This document shows positions 30,164 to 44,930 of a stretch of 64,000 bases of DNA, piece by piece. The stretch is from the human T2T-CHM13v2.0 reference genome, Homo sapiens: the NCBI RefSeq assembly GCF_009914755.1, contig NC_060926.1; one strand, written 5' to 3'. A program made the translations under genes and the position numbers. Under the pieces are notes generated by a model, which did not search any database, had not been told where the DNA came from, and worked only from the letters and a program-made list of their open reading frames with translations. How positions within the stretch are numbered: the first letter of the stretch is position 1; every line of letters begins with the position of its first letter.

Positions 30164-30364
30164 GATTTTTCTACACTGATTTTCAACACTTAGAATAAAT
30201 CAACTTTTCAGTAGCTGTTTTCTCATCTCTGTTTAAAATACTCAGCATTCCCCATTTTCTGAACTTACAAAAAGTTTTGACATAAATAATTAACAGTTTA
30301 ACAAAAATCTTTAACACTGAATATGAGAACTTTGCCTTTCGAATTTAAAGAAAAAAGTCACTTG

Positions 30365-30992
<628 letters not shown>

Positions 30993-31404
30993 TCACTTGA
31001 CTTTTCTGTGCTTCACCTTCCTCATCTGTAAAATGAGGGGGGTAGTAAGCCATTCTCTGTTTCTGAGGTGCTGAACTTCTGGGGCTACCCTCTCCCAGGC
31101 TTGTGGTTAGGATCAAAGGAGGACAAAGCACAGGTGTTGGCTGCCCAAACACACACCAGGGGTGTAATCACACCACAAAGAGTTCCATTGTGATGCTGCA
31201 GCTATTTTAAATAGAATTGCTTCTCTTCTGTCTCAGGCTTATTTGCTTATAATGCTTCATTTGTATATGACTTTTCAGAAACCTGTTCTATAGATTGAGA
31301 TTCCCACATCAATTGCTAAGCCCTAGCACAGAGGCCTAGCTAGGTCACCAAAAAGGTTTAATGACAAATTCGGGGTCTTTGCATTCCTGACTGTACATTT
31401 TTGA

Positions 31405-31911
<507 letters not shown>

Positions 31912-32319
31912 TGAATTGGGATAGTGTTCTTCAAAAAATATGGCACGAAATACTAGTTCTTAGAAATGCAAATTGGTTTTTCAGGAAACAAGGGTTTTAT
32001 GACTGAATGTGCTCATGGAACATTGCATGTTCATGTTAGAGTCCTCCTTTCTGGAGGTTCAAAGCCCTTATTAGGACACTTTATTTTTAATCCAATATTT
32101 TCTGGGCTTATTTGAATAGGAAACACTTTTTTTTAAATTAAAAAAGTTGAGAACAAAACACTTATTCATATACTACAGGTCAAAACAATCTTTGGCAAAT
32201 GCTACACATGTGCACAGATATGGTTTCTTTTGAAAGTTTATGTTAGCTCTGGAAGACCCTAGAGCTCCTTGGCTGCTGCCTGAACCCTGTGACCCGATTC
32301 CTTTAAAATTACACTTTTT

Positions 32320-32766
<447 letters not shown>

Positions 32767-33122
32767 GAAAAATTAGCCTTCTTTTTAAAAAGCATGCTGC
32801 TTTAATAAACTTATCATTTCCTATGTTTTTTCGTGGTTTGTTTGGAAATTAGCAACTAGCTTTCCTCTTCTGGTTCATCATTGATTAGCCATAAACGGAT
32901 CCAGAGATTCCTATTGGAACCTGTTTGGGGCCCTCTAGCTCTTCCTCTGCCCACCTACAGGAAGAAGCCTCACAGGTGACTCCACTGTGGACTTGCAGAC
33001 CCTGGCCCTAAGGGTTCATTCACCATCCCTGATGCTGGGGCGGGGCTGCTCTGAGCTCTGGTTATCTTGTGTACTTGATGACCATGTACAAACTTATGCT
33101 CCCCGCCATGATTTCTTTCTAA

Positions 33123-33670
<548 letters not shown>

Positions 33671-33699
33671 TAGCTGCTGGACAGGGAGGGTGTCAGCAT

Positions 33700-35420
33700 T
33701 GCTTCTTGGTACGTGGGTCCCTGGGCGCAGCGACCTAGCACAGCAGGCGGTGAAGTTAGTTGCGCAGTGAATGGTGCCGGTCTCCGCGTTCTCAGGACTG
33801 CTCCGGTTGGGAGATGGAGAGAGGCGAATCAGGACTACGTGGCGCCTCAGGTTCTGGAGGGTTCCTCTACCTCCTCCCTTCCTCCCATTCTCCGCACTTA
33901 AAATGAGACACGGATTCCTTCCCGACCACATACGGGGGGCTTCCCCCAGCATGAAACTTTCAGGTGCTTCTTATAGCTCCCACTCCATTTCACTTTTATG
34001 TGTAAAGGGTAGTTGCATATAAAAATGACATTTTAATATCGTAAGTCCCCAGCGGCACCAAAGCTCAAGCTGCCCTTTTTGGTAAACACCTAGCTCCGCC
34101 TAGTGGCCACGGGAAAGTGCGTTTTCCCGAGAAAACGCTGCGTGGCTGGCCTGCCCCGCTCTCGGCGGAGGGAGCTCTGGTAACGCTTTGTAAACTGACT
34201 CGGCGAGGAGAGCACCTGCCTGAATCACTCCCTTGAAAAAGGCCCAAGTGCAGTTGTTTCCTTTAATGACCTGCGCTATTACAGGCTTTGGATTTTGTGT
34301 GTGCGCCAAGAAGAAGGGTAAACAACACACAAACTCTTGAAGGGAAGGTTTCCTTCGGAGAGCGGGGCAGACAACATAAGCCGCACTGTTTGTGAGGGCC
34401 GGTGGTTTCGCTTTTATGGCATCAATCAGTTTGTATTGTAATTGATAGGAATCCTGTTCCCACACTGAGTTTTGTTTACTGAGAAAAGATTTGGAGAGTA
34501 AAGGGAGGCCCCAGCCCTTAGCCGGAATCCCAGCCAACTCTTCCTCCAGATGAAACAGAAGCAGGAGGACCCCACAGCCAGGCGGAGCCACGCCCGCCCC
34601 GAGGAGCACCGGGCTCCATCGCCTTCCCCCAGATTGCAGCGGACCTTGATTTCAAGAAACATTCCCGCCGTGTCAACAGCAGCCCTGTGCAGCGGCTGCC
34701 CCGGGCCCCACCCGCTGTGAACCGACGCAATGGCCTTCACTTCAAGGACTGCCCTCTCACACCCGAGCAAGCTGACCTCAGAGGTCTGGGGCAGCCGGGC
34801 AGGGGACGCACCACTCTCACCCGCGGGCAGTCCTCTGGGTGGGTTCTGACCGTGACCTGTGAGCTGGACCACGGGACACTTTTGGCATATTCTGCTTGGG
34901 TGCGTGGCAGGTCGTGGTGACCATCTTGTCTTACGCGTCATTTTGTCCTTCTACATTGTTCCAGCCACGTGTGTCTGACCTAGAGCTGTGGTGTGGGGAG
35001 ACTGTCTCTGACTGCGGGGGTTGTGGAGTCTGGGAAATGGGCTCACCTTCCAGACCCTGTAATTCAGCTTTGCCTCCAGGAGCTCCGGACGGAGCTGGCA
35101 GCAGAAAGCCACTTGCACATAATGAAACGGTGACCATATGCTGCCTAAATCTCCACGCAGGCTTGTCGTAGCAGCTCCTTGTCACCCAGCTAACAGTAGC
35201 TGGACTCGCCTTGCCATAGATGTTCACACCTCTCCCCTCCTGTCCTGTGCCTTTCCTTCTGCGCTCCCGAAATCACAGATCCTTGGTCTGTGCGGGGAAA
35301 GACATCTTTGGGCTTCTGCTCTTCATGGATGCGGGTGCTGTGTCAGCCTCCCCCGGCCCTCCTTCCCTCCCCAGCCTCCTCCTTCCCCACCTGTATGCGG
35401 TGGGTCCCTGGAAGAGCTCC
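33700..35420. promoter_or_regulatory. CpG-enriched unique sequence; candidate enhancer, insulator or lncRNA promoter
   Basis: Visible local excess of non-Alu CpGs. CTCF-like motif at 34091-34109, forkhead-type GTAAACA at ~34082 and ~34318, GC box cacgcccgcccc at ~34589. Confidence 0.6.
34091..34109 (-). promoter_or_regulatory. Candidate CTCF site (reverse orientation)
   Basis: Reverse complement TGGCCACTAGGCGGAGCTA versus consensus TGGCCACCAGGGGGCGCTA (16/19). Confidence 0.55.
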
Positions 35421-37210
35421 AAAGCACTTTCTTTCATCCCTCGACTGAGGTTTTATTTTTAATTAGAAAGCCAAGCACACTTTTAACAGCCACAGCCAGA
35501 CTGAGCAAGCTCTTCTGAAGCAGCGCAAAGGTGGAAGCCTGTGCTGCTGATGTGGCTGGGCTCACGGAAGATGACGGGCTTCCTGCCAGCTTGCACTAGC
35601 CTTGGAGGAAACCTTTGTTGTGTAGGAGGCAAATCACCCAGGGCAGTGTTTTCCTAACTTCTTCTGTCCTTAAACAACTGACCACAATCTGTGCCTTCCT
35701 CAGGCCCAGGCTTTCCCATCTCTGTCCTGAACACTCTTCACTCCACGGGCTTCAAGGTAATTTTTTCTCCCTGGTGACATCGTCGGTGCCGCCTCCTGCC
35801 CCCGGCACACTCGTCCACACACAGAACAGCAGCTTGTTTCTCCATCACTGTGTCATTCCCTTTGAGCCATAATCCTTTCCTTCCTGCCCTCCAGCGGCTT
35901 CTGGGATGGATTCTCTCTCGCCCGCTGGCTGAGGGCGGCCTCCCACCCGAAAGCACCATAGGAGCTTGGCTGCCCGCAGGGTGACACCGCAGGTGTCCTC
36001 ACTCTTCCCGTTGCCTGGCCCCTGGTGATGGTCACCGAATCGTGCTGTCCTTTCTTGTGGTCTGTCAAGTGTGCTCCTTCTGGGTGGCCTCCACTGCCCC
36101 TTGGTGCCACTGTCTGGCTTGTACAGCATCACGCCTTGGCCACTGCGACCGTCTTTTCCCTGACCTCTCACACTGATGCTCTGGTCTCTGGTCTCTAGGA
36201 CGGTCTTTCACTCTAATACCAGTGTGAGCTCGCTGCTGCACAGGCCTGGCCATGTCACTCCTCAGCTGACAATCCCTGGAGGGTGGGGGACACCACCGTG
36301 ACCACACAGCCATTGACGAGTGGGTGTGAGGCTGGGGGGCTGCCAGCCCCTTCTGCAGAGGGCACCTCCTCTGTGTCCCTGGCTGCCATCCGCAGAACAT
36401 CATTTTGTCTGTGCTCCCGGCTGTCATCTGCACACGCTGTGGTCCCATCGTGTGCCTGTTGCCCTTTTCTGCGTGTTCAGCACTGTGCCTTTGGCCCTGG
36501 CTGCACCCTTCCCCACCCTGCCGCCACAGCACACAGCACACTTCCCCCAACTGTGCCCTTCTGCTTCTCCAGGCAAAGCCAGACACTGGTTCCCACCCCG
36601 GCACAGTGCTGAAATGCCCGCAGCAGCACTGTGGCCCTTGTAACATGATGGTCAACTCCAGCTCACTCCCCTCCCTGAGTTCCTGGGCAGCCCATGCCTT
36701 TTTGCTCAGTGAATGATAATGGAATGGCGCAGAAGCAAGCACAGAGGCAGGAGCAGGGACAGAAATAGCAGCGATGTGAGTAACAGCCTTTTGCATCCTC
36801 ACAGTGGCCTTGGCCCTGGCTGGTGCTGTCGTCATTTTAGAGGTAAGGAAACTGAGGCCCTGTGAGGTGGGCTGACTTGTTTGAGTTCCCACAGCTGCTG
36901 TGTGGCCCCAAAACCTCTGCTTGGAACATTCTGCAGAAAGTGGAGACAGGGCCTGACTGTGCTGGGGTGGGGGCCTGGCAAGGGCCGGAGGGGTGGCCTG
37001 AATGCCAGGGCCCAGGAAACCGGCTGGTGAGGAAGCCTCTGAGAGCTGCTGCTGGCTGAGCAGATGTGCAGGGCTGCGAGTGAGCGCAGAGGAGGGCTGC
37101 TCTGGCTGGGAGACAGGGCAGGGTGGCCAGAGCCAGGGAGGGTATCCAGATGGATTTCAGAAGCACACCTGGAGGTTTGGAGGGACTTGGAGGTGACTTA
37201 ATGTAAGGTG

Positions 37211-37262
37211 GGGAAGGAGAAAGAGGCCTCGGGACATGGGAAGGAGAAAGAGGCCTCGGGAC
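37211..37262. repeat. Tandem duplication, 27-bp period, 2 copies
   Basis: gggaaggagaaagaggcctcgggac at 37211 and 37238. Confidence 0.93.
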
Positions 37263-37929
37263 GTCTGGTGCTTCTGACTTGGGGGACCGGGTGGTGGAGT
37301 CCCCCTAACAGACATTGGGAAACAGGAGAGATCAGTCCTGCTGGGGTGGTGTGGGGAAGGGAGGAGCCAGCTGTGAGGGGACCACTGTTTTCCTGATGGA
37401 GGGATCCGACAGCAGCCGGAGCTGCAGTTGGTGGCAAGTCCCTGGCATGGTACAGCAAGGGCAGTAGGAAAGCTGCAGAGGGGTGGGGTTTGCCGGGCAG
37501 GGGTGGGGTTTGTGGGTCACGCAGGTCCCAAGGAGCCCAAGCTCAAGGTCCGCGCCTGCCTGCTCTCCCCACTCACCCTTGCCCATGGGAGCGCTGTCCT
37601 TTTCTCTGAAAAAGCCTAAACGCGTTGGCCTTCCTCTTTAGCGAAGTCTTTCCTGCCTCAGCTGAGTCTGTGAGGGGCAGCCCAGCGTCCCCTCTGTGCC
37701 AGCTGTCTTCTCCCTGTTCTTGGCCCACCCTTTCTGGGCACAGGCCTCAGCTCCCTCCCCATTCCTAAGCCCCGCTTTCTGTATCTCCACAGAGGCCTTC
37801 CTCGGCCCTCCCAGCCTGATGCAGGGCTGCCTTGGTTCCTACTGCCAAGAACCTGCGCTTTGCCACCAGCTCCTCCCCACTCACCAAGGGAAGCAGGTGG
37901 GAAGCACCCTCCTTTCTCCTTCTGTAAAC

Positions 37930-38135
37930 CTGGGTTGGCAAACCTTTTCTGTAAAGACCAGATGGCAAATAATTTTGGTGTCACAGGCCCCACTGTCTCT
38001 GTTGCAACAGCTCAAAGTGAGAAAGCAGCCCCAGATGATATGTAAAGGAACAAGTGTGACTGTTTCAATAAAACTTTATTTAGAAAAACAAGGGGTGGGC
38101 CAGCTTTGGCCCACAGGTTGTAGTTTAATGGCTCT
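37930..38135. mobile_element. MER58A (hAT-Charlie)
   Basis: gggttggcaaaccttttctgtaaagaccagat...caataaaactttattta...ttggcccacaggttgtagttt; TSD ctgtaaac/ctctaaac. Confidence 0.82.
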
Positions 38136-38424
38136 GCTCTAAACCAGTCCTCATCCTCCTGCTGGATAACAACCAAACTTTCTAGAACCAACAGGGCTGG
38201 GGGTTGGAAGCAGCAGGTGGAGGTGGGGTGTTGGGGAAGGAAGTGGGAGGGGAGGCCTCCACAGAGAGATGGAGAGCTGTCTGCCCAGTCCTTCTTCTCT
38301 TCTCTGGGAGAACCGGGCACGGTGCCCCCTCCAGGTTTAGTTGCCCATGACGCAGAGCCCCATTAGTTCCACATCAGGCCTCCGCTTGCCTATGAACTGA
38401 AAATCAGTTTCTCTGGCTCCATGA

Positions 38425-38673
<249 letters not shown>

Positions 38674-40229
38674 TAGTTAAACAAAGCATGAGACAGGAGG
38701 TCCCTCATCCTCTTCCTGCACTGGAAAATTAGTCTTCAGTTACCACAGCGGTCTGGAAAGACTTGAATGAACTCCACAGTTTAGTTGTCAGGTGGGGAGT
38801 GTCCCTGTGTGTGGGCGCTGGTGGTTCCAAGGTAACTGTCTCCGGCCCCTGTCCCCAGGTGTGCAGTGGAGGTCAAGGCCTGGAGTCCCTCCTTTCCTGG
38901 AACTTTGAGCCCCAAACCTGGTGACCCCACGAGCACCTCGCACTTCTTCACTTTTCCTCGGTTTTACATCACATGTGTGTAGCCCCTGTTCTTTCTTCTC
39001 TAGGCTACAACTGTACCCGCTGCCACCAAGCTAGACCCTCGGAGGTGACCACTTCCTCTGGGGGTAAAGGGCCCCTCCCAACCCATCACCAAAAAAACTT
39101 CCCCATTTACCCCAAGTCTCTCCCCAGTTTACCCTAACATGCGAGTTGAAGTTTTCCCTCCTGTGCGGTGGAGGTAAAGCTTATTTCCCGCTGGCCCTGT
39201 GGAAAATGCAGGGAGCAGGGACCATTCCCGAAATCCCCACTCAGCACCAACCACGGAAGGAGCAGCACACACTTACTTCTCTGTGCAGTTGGAAGATGCA
39301 AAATGGAAGCTCAGTGTTCGATGGTTCATCCAAGGAGAGGTACAGGGATGGGATTTGAGTCCAGGTCCGGGTGACCCGGGTCCTCTCAGAGGCCTGTCTT
39401 CTGGGGTTCCACAGCCTTGCCCCTCTGGAACAGAGAACAGGATGCAGGGGTGGGGGCAGATAAAGCGTTCTGTGCAAGAGACAGGCTTGACAGGCCTGGG
39501 GGCGGTCTGCTGAAAGGGACCCCTGGAGCAGCCCAGGGCCGACTGGAGGCCCTTGGGGATGGGGAGGACGTTCACTACCAGAGGGAGAGGCAAGGTGGGG
39601 AGGCCGCAGGCCCCTTCTCAGCCCCTCTGTCTGCTGTATCTCCACCCTCTCTCCCTGTGACCAGGCCTGGAAGGGATGGGCTCTGGGCCAAGCCCTGCTC
39701 TTGGCACAAACTCTCCACCCCACCCTGGAGGCGCTTGTTAGTGCTTTGCTTAAAAGTAGGCTGAGAAGTCCGAGCAAAGATGGGAAGCTTTGTTTTCAAA
39801 TATAATGGGAAGGGTGTGTGGAAACAGACCTGGCAAAACAAAGGCAGATTGATGTTTCTGTTTGTGATACCAGTGGAGAGAGGAGGGCACAAGCAGGTAT
39901 GTTGGGGGCTATGGAGGCCAGGGCATTTGTTTTTTTAAGAGGGGGAGAGGGGAGTGTCTGCAGGAGCCGTTCAAGCGTCTACACCGGCTCTGCTGTGAGG
40001 GTGGCTCCTGCCGCACAGCTGTGGGCCTGCGCTTCGCCTCCTCAGAGCCGGGAGGCCAGGAATGGTCCTGCTCACATCTGTATTCCAGCCCTGGAGACTG
40101 GGCGTGGCAGGCAGAAGGTGCTGTATTGGAATGCGTAGGGCAGCAGAGGAGAATGGAACAGGTTCTGAACCATGGCGATGACCTCTTGGTTCTCAGGGGA
40201 GTCACCCTGGTGTCTGGCCCTGGCATGTC

Positions 40230-40420
40230 AGCCCTTTACCTACATTATCACTCCACTGGGGCCCACACAACTCCTCCAGGTGGGCCCTATTTATTATTTT
40301 CAATTTATAGACAAAGAAACAGAGCCACAGAAAACTAAGTCGCCCAGAGTCGCAGAGGCAGCACAGGGTGAAGCTGGCTGGTGTCTGTCTGAGCGTTGGG
40401 CACTGGGTGCGTGACCACAC
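40230..40420 (-). mobile_element. MIR fragment
   Basis: attttcaatttatagacaaagaaacagagccacaga. Confidence 0.55.
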
Positions 40421-41786
40421 AGCCCAGGTGGACCCCCACCTCCTCTGGCCTGTGATCTCCTCAGTGCTCAGCAAATGATCATCAAATTTGGTAACACCAG
40501 CAGGACCAGAAGCGATTCCTACAGCCTTTATTGATCCCATAATAAAGAGGTGTTCGTGTTTCAGACCAATGTGAGTGCTTCCGAGCAGGTCTGTGGAGTT
40601 CAAAGCCGACAGGATGTTTAGCCATTTCCTGCACTTCCCTGCCCTGTCATTTACAGCCTCATTAGAGCCCCTGGCTTGCCAAAACACCTCTGTCTGATGC
40701 CGCAGCTCTGACGGAACGCCTCGATTTTCCCTTTGCGAGCTTTTGCTTGGGCTGCAGGAGTAGTGGGCGGTGGATGTTTTTGGTGGAACTTTGTGGGCCA
40801 ACATCAGACACGGCCAAAATGTGGCAGAAAGGGAGGGGCGTGTCGGGGAGGTGTCTCTAGAATCTCAGCTTTTCTGTTCCGGGGCAATGCTGCCTGCACC
40901 GCAAACGCTGTATGCTAGAAGCCATCAGGCCTGGGTCCTTGTGGGGTAGTAGTTGTTCACTCCAAGTAACTGAAGGAGAAGGGTTAGACTTTGGGGCAAA
41001 TAGGGAATGAATGAGCTTCTGTTCTCTAACCTGACCACATGAGTTGGAGGCTTTGCGCCCGTAAACACACCTTGTGCAGGTAGACGCCTGTCTGCTCACC
41101 ACACTCGCATGGGAGAGATGCCCTTCTCATGCCCTGGCATCGCTGGATCTTTGCTGCTCGAAGGACACTGCAACTTTGAAGCAGCTCCCCAGTTGCTTCC
41201 AGCAGGGATGAAACGAGCCATCAGCAGAGCCTGCACCTTTACCACACCTTGGCAAGGCCCCTGGGAAGGCAGGTCACCATTGAGCAACACCCAGACAGAG
41301 TCTAGCATTCATTTCCAGATGCCTCTGGGGCTCAATTGTTTTCTTCCCCTCTCCCCACCCCTCTCTCCCTATAGTTAGATTTTGCAAGATCTGCACAACA
41401 CGTGTGTGTGTTGATTTGCCTCTCCTAAGTCATTCCGATCTATCAGCCCAGTGTTTCTTTTGCTGTCTCCAACGCTGATGGTTTTCAACAGCTGTGTATA
41501 GGAAAGCTGCTGGATTAGAGCAACAGGCTATCAACAGCACTCACACGGCTTCCTCTGTGGGATGACAAGAACCTATGCTTTCTTCATGCGGGCAGGATGG
41601 CCAGCACAGCTTTCACAAACAGGCCTGGGAAACTTTGGGTTTTTTTTTTTTTTTTTGACAGAGGATAATATCCTTGTTTGTGATAAATGGAAGGTTGGGA
41701 AACTTAGGGTACCTGTTGGGAAAGCCAATTCCTACAACCAGAGTCAAGGGAAAAATATCCTTGAGATATATAGATTTTCATAAGGG

Positions 41787-42112
41787 CCTCTTCTTCTTCT
41801 TCTTCTTCCTTCTTCTCCCTTCTCCCTTCTTCTCCCTCCTCCTTCTCCCTCCTCCTTCTCCCTCCTCCTTCTCCCTCCTCCTTCTCCCTCCTCCTTCTCC
41901 CTCCTCCTCCTTCTCCCTCCTCCTTCTCCCTCCTCCTCCTTCTCCCTCCTCCTCCTTCTCCCTCCTCCTCCTTCTCCCTCCTCCTTCTCCCTCCTCCTCC
42001 TTCTCCCTCCTCCTCCTTCTCCCTCCTCCTCCTTCTCTCTCCTCCTTCTCCCTCCTCCTCCTTCTCCCTCCTCCTCCTTCTCCCTCCTTCTTCTCCCTCC
42101 TCCTTCTTCTTC
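41787..42112. repeat. 326-bp pure polypyrimidine tract / minisatellite, unit TTCTCCC(TCC)2-3
   Basis: No purine on the + strand from 41787 to 42112. Confidence 0.97.
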
Positions 42113-42114
42113 GA

Positions 42115-42500
<386 letters not shown>

Positions 42501-42899
42501 TGAAGGTGGGCTGATACCCAGCAATGACTGTGAACTCTAAGTGGGACGCCTGGAATGCCAGTGTTGGGGCTTCATGCCTTTGAATCATGGAAGGCCTTTT
42601 GCTGCAAATACTGTACATCTAAAGGTGCTGAGCAATGACAAACCTGAGCCGGGGGCCTTCCTGGGGCAGGGATGCATGGCAAGCGCTCTGTGTCACACGT
42701 TGGATGCGCAGGGTGGGCCAGGGAGAACGATATATTCAATGTCTTCAGAGTTTTTGCAAAAGGTTTGCTGCGAGGACCCAGGCTAAAGGGGGTGGTTCAT
42801 TTCCTGTCACTTCCGGGGGTGGCTGCAGCAACTACTCATGAACTCACACTACTGGAATCTTCTCTTCTTCATTTGAGCCCTTACCTGGTGGCAGAGATG

Positions 42900-43272
42900 G
42901 CTGTGTTTCCATCAAAATCTGTTTCCTTTTCCTCCTGGGAACCCAGTGGAACTACTTTTTCTAGCCTCTTGCCCAGTGTGGCTGTGGCACCCAGGCCTGC
43001 CCAGTGAAGTGTGGGCAGAAGTGTGTGCTATTTCCGTGCCTGCCCGGAAAGCTTCTCACACAATTCTCCATGTGCTCGCTCCTCTCCAGGGGATGGCAGG
43101 GACACTGGGGGGAAGGAGCCTGGGTCCCTGAATGACGATGTGGAAGCCTGCCACTGCCCTGTGACCTTGGCATTGGACTTTGAATGAGAAACAAACTGTC
43201 ACTGGGTCAAGCCCCTGAGGCTTGGGTGTTTGTTTGTTACGGCAGCTAGCATTGCGCGCCCTAACTAACGCA
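42900..43272 (+). mobile_element. Old MLT1 (MLT1I/J-like) LTR
   Basis: gtgggcagaagtg...ggaaggagcctgggtccctgaatgac...tttgtttgttacggcagc...cctaactaa. Confidence 0.72.
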
Positions 43273-43464
43273 GAACCAGCAGCCCTCTCATGTGTTCTGC
43301 TGTGCCTGTGCCTCTTGCTTTTCTGGGTTGCTCGGTGTCATCTATGTGAGATTCAGCCCCTCCACCTGAGCACTTCTCATTTCCAGCTCCCTTTCTCTCA
43401 TCCTTCTCTTCTGTCTTAGAGGATAAAGTGTCTTTTCCCTTCAAATCTAAACCTATCTGCTTGT

Positions 43465-43780
43465 GGCTGGGTGTGGGGGCTCATGCCTGTAATCCCAGTG
43501 CTTCGGGAGGTTGAGGTGGCAGGGTTGCTTGAAGCCAGAATTTGAGACCAGCCTGGAGAACATAGTGAGACCCCATCTCTACGAAAAATAAAAAAATTAG
43601 CCAGGTGTGGTGGTATGTGCCTGAGGTCACGCTACTCAGGAGGCTGAGATGGGAGGATCTCTTGAGACCAGGAGGTCGAGGCTGCAGTGAGCAATGATCA
43701 GTTCACTGCATTTCAGCCTGGGTGACAGAGAGAGAGAGAGAGAGAGACCCTGTCTTTAAAAAAATAAAAAGAAAACAAAA
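43465..43780 (+). mobile_element. AluJ with internal (GA)~11, within L2 remnants (~43360-44220)
   Basis: J-type body; TSD tatctgcttgt. Confidence 0.88.
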
Positions 43781-44729
43781 CCCCATATCTGCTTGTACCC
43801 TTTGTTCTGGGCCCCTGCCCGCCCCTAGCTCCTCGCCAGCTCTGCCCTGTGCACACTTTTTCTCTTGGACAGTTTAAATCTTTATCTCCCTGGCTCAATT
43901 CCTTCTTGTCTGCAAATATGTCCCAACTGTCCCTATCTTAAAAACAAAACAAAACAAAAAAACAAAAAAAACCCCTCATCCTGGTTACTCATGTATCCAC
44001 TTCTCCTCAATGTCAGACTTTTTGAAAAGTGTCTCCCCTGCTGCTGCCTCCCCCCTCCTCCTCCTCCTCTGTTGCAATCAGCCTTGGCTCCACTGCCTTG
44101 GGCTCGGCTTGGTGACCAGCCCAGAGCTACCTCGGTCACGGCAGCCCCAGCATCTGCAGTTCCCACGCCTCGGCCTTTTGGCCAGGCTTGAGCCGAGCTA
44201 GGCTGTGTCACATTGCCCTTTCCTGGGTCTCTGAGGAGCTCTGCCCTTTCCAGCATGGGCCAGCCTCCGTGGCAGGGTAGAGGGGAAATGTATTCCCCGG
44301 GCTCCTGCCTGGGCCTCCCCTCCTCCTCCACGGCCTCTCCTTCCGGAATATGTAGTAGCTGCCGCCTTCATGCCAAACAACAGCAACATCACCTTGTCTT
44401 CTGGGTCTGTTCCTTGTGGCCCTGTCCCCACAGCCTACTATATTTTGGGGTGCCAGGGAGGACAGGTATAAGTCAGCCAGCTGCCCCGTCCCTGTTAGTT
44501 CTGTCTCCTTGAGGTCTCCCAAGCCCACCTCCCCATGTGTACGGAGTCTCTGTCGTGGGGCAAGCCCTCCTTGTCTCTCTGCTTAATTAAGCCTTCTAAG
44601 TGGCTGACCAGCTGCCTCCCTGCTCCTCACCTTCCTCCACCCCACCTCTCTCTCCTGACTGACCTGGGTGCTGAGTGCTTGTGGGGGCACCATGTGCCCA
44701 GACGTAGTGCCCAGAAAGGGAAGGGCGTG

Positions 44730-44930
44730 GGCTGTGGGCTTGGGCAGACCTGGATTCCTGTCCTGGCCTTGCCACCCAGGAGCTGTTGACTGGCAATTGC
44801 TAAACCTTCTGGAGGCTCAGGGTTCACTTATAAAATGTGATAGTGCCAACTTTAATGGGGTGATGAAAATCAAATATGAGAAGTCTGTCAGCCCCGAGGG
44901 CACACAGCAGGTGTCCAGTGCCCAGTAGCT
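44730..44930 (+). mobile_element. MIR fragment
   Basis: gcagacctggattc...ctaaaccttctggaggctcagggttcacttataaaatg. Confidence 0.6.

Noticed and set aside
36065-36892. Longest ORF in the window (275 aa, - strand)
   Set aside because: I recognise no domain, it has a non-ATG start, and similar-length ORFs overlap in other frames, as expected for stop-poor GC-rich DNA. A positive PhyloCSF score or ribo-seq signal would be needed to revive it.
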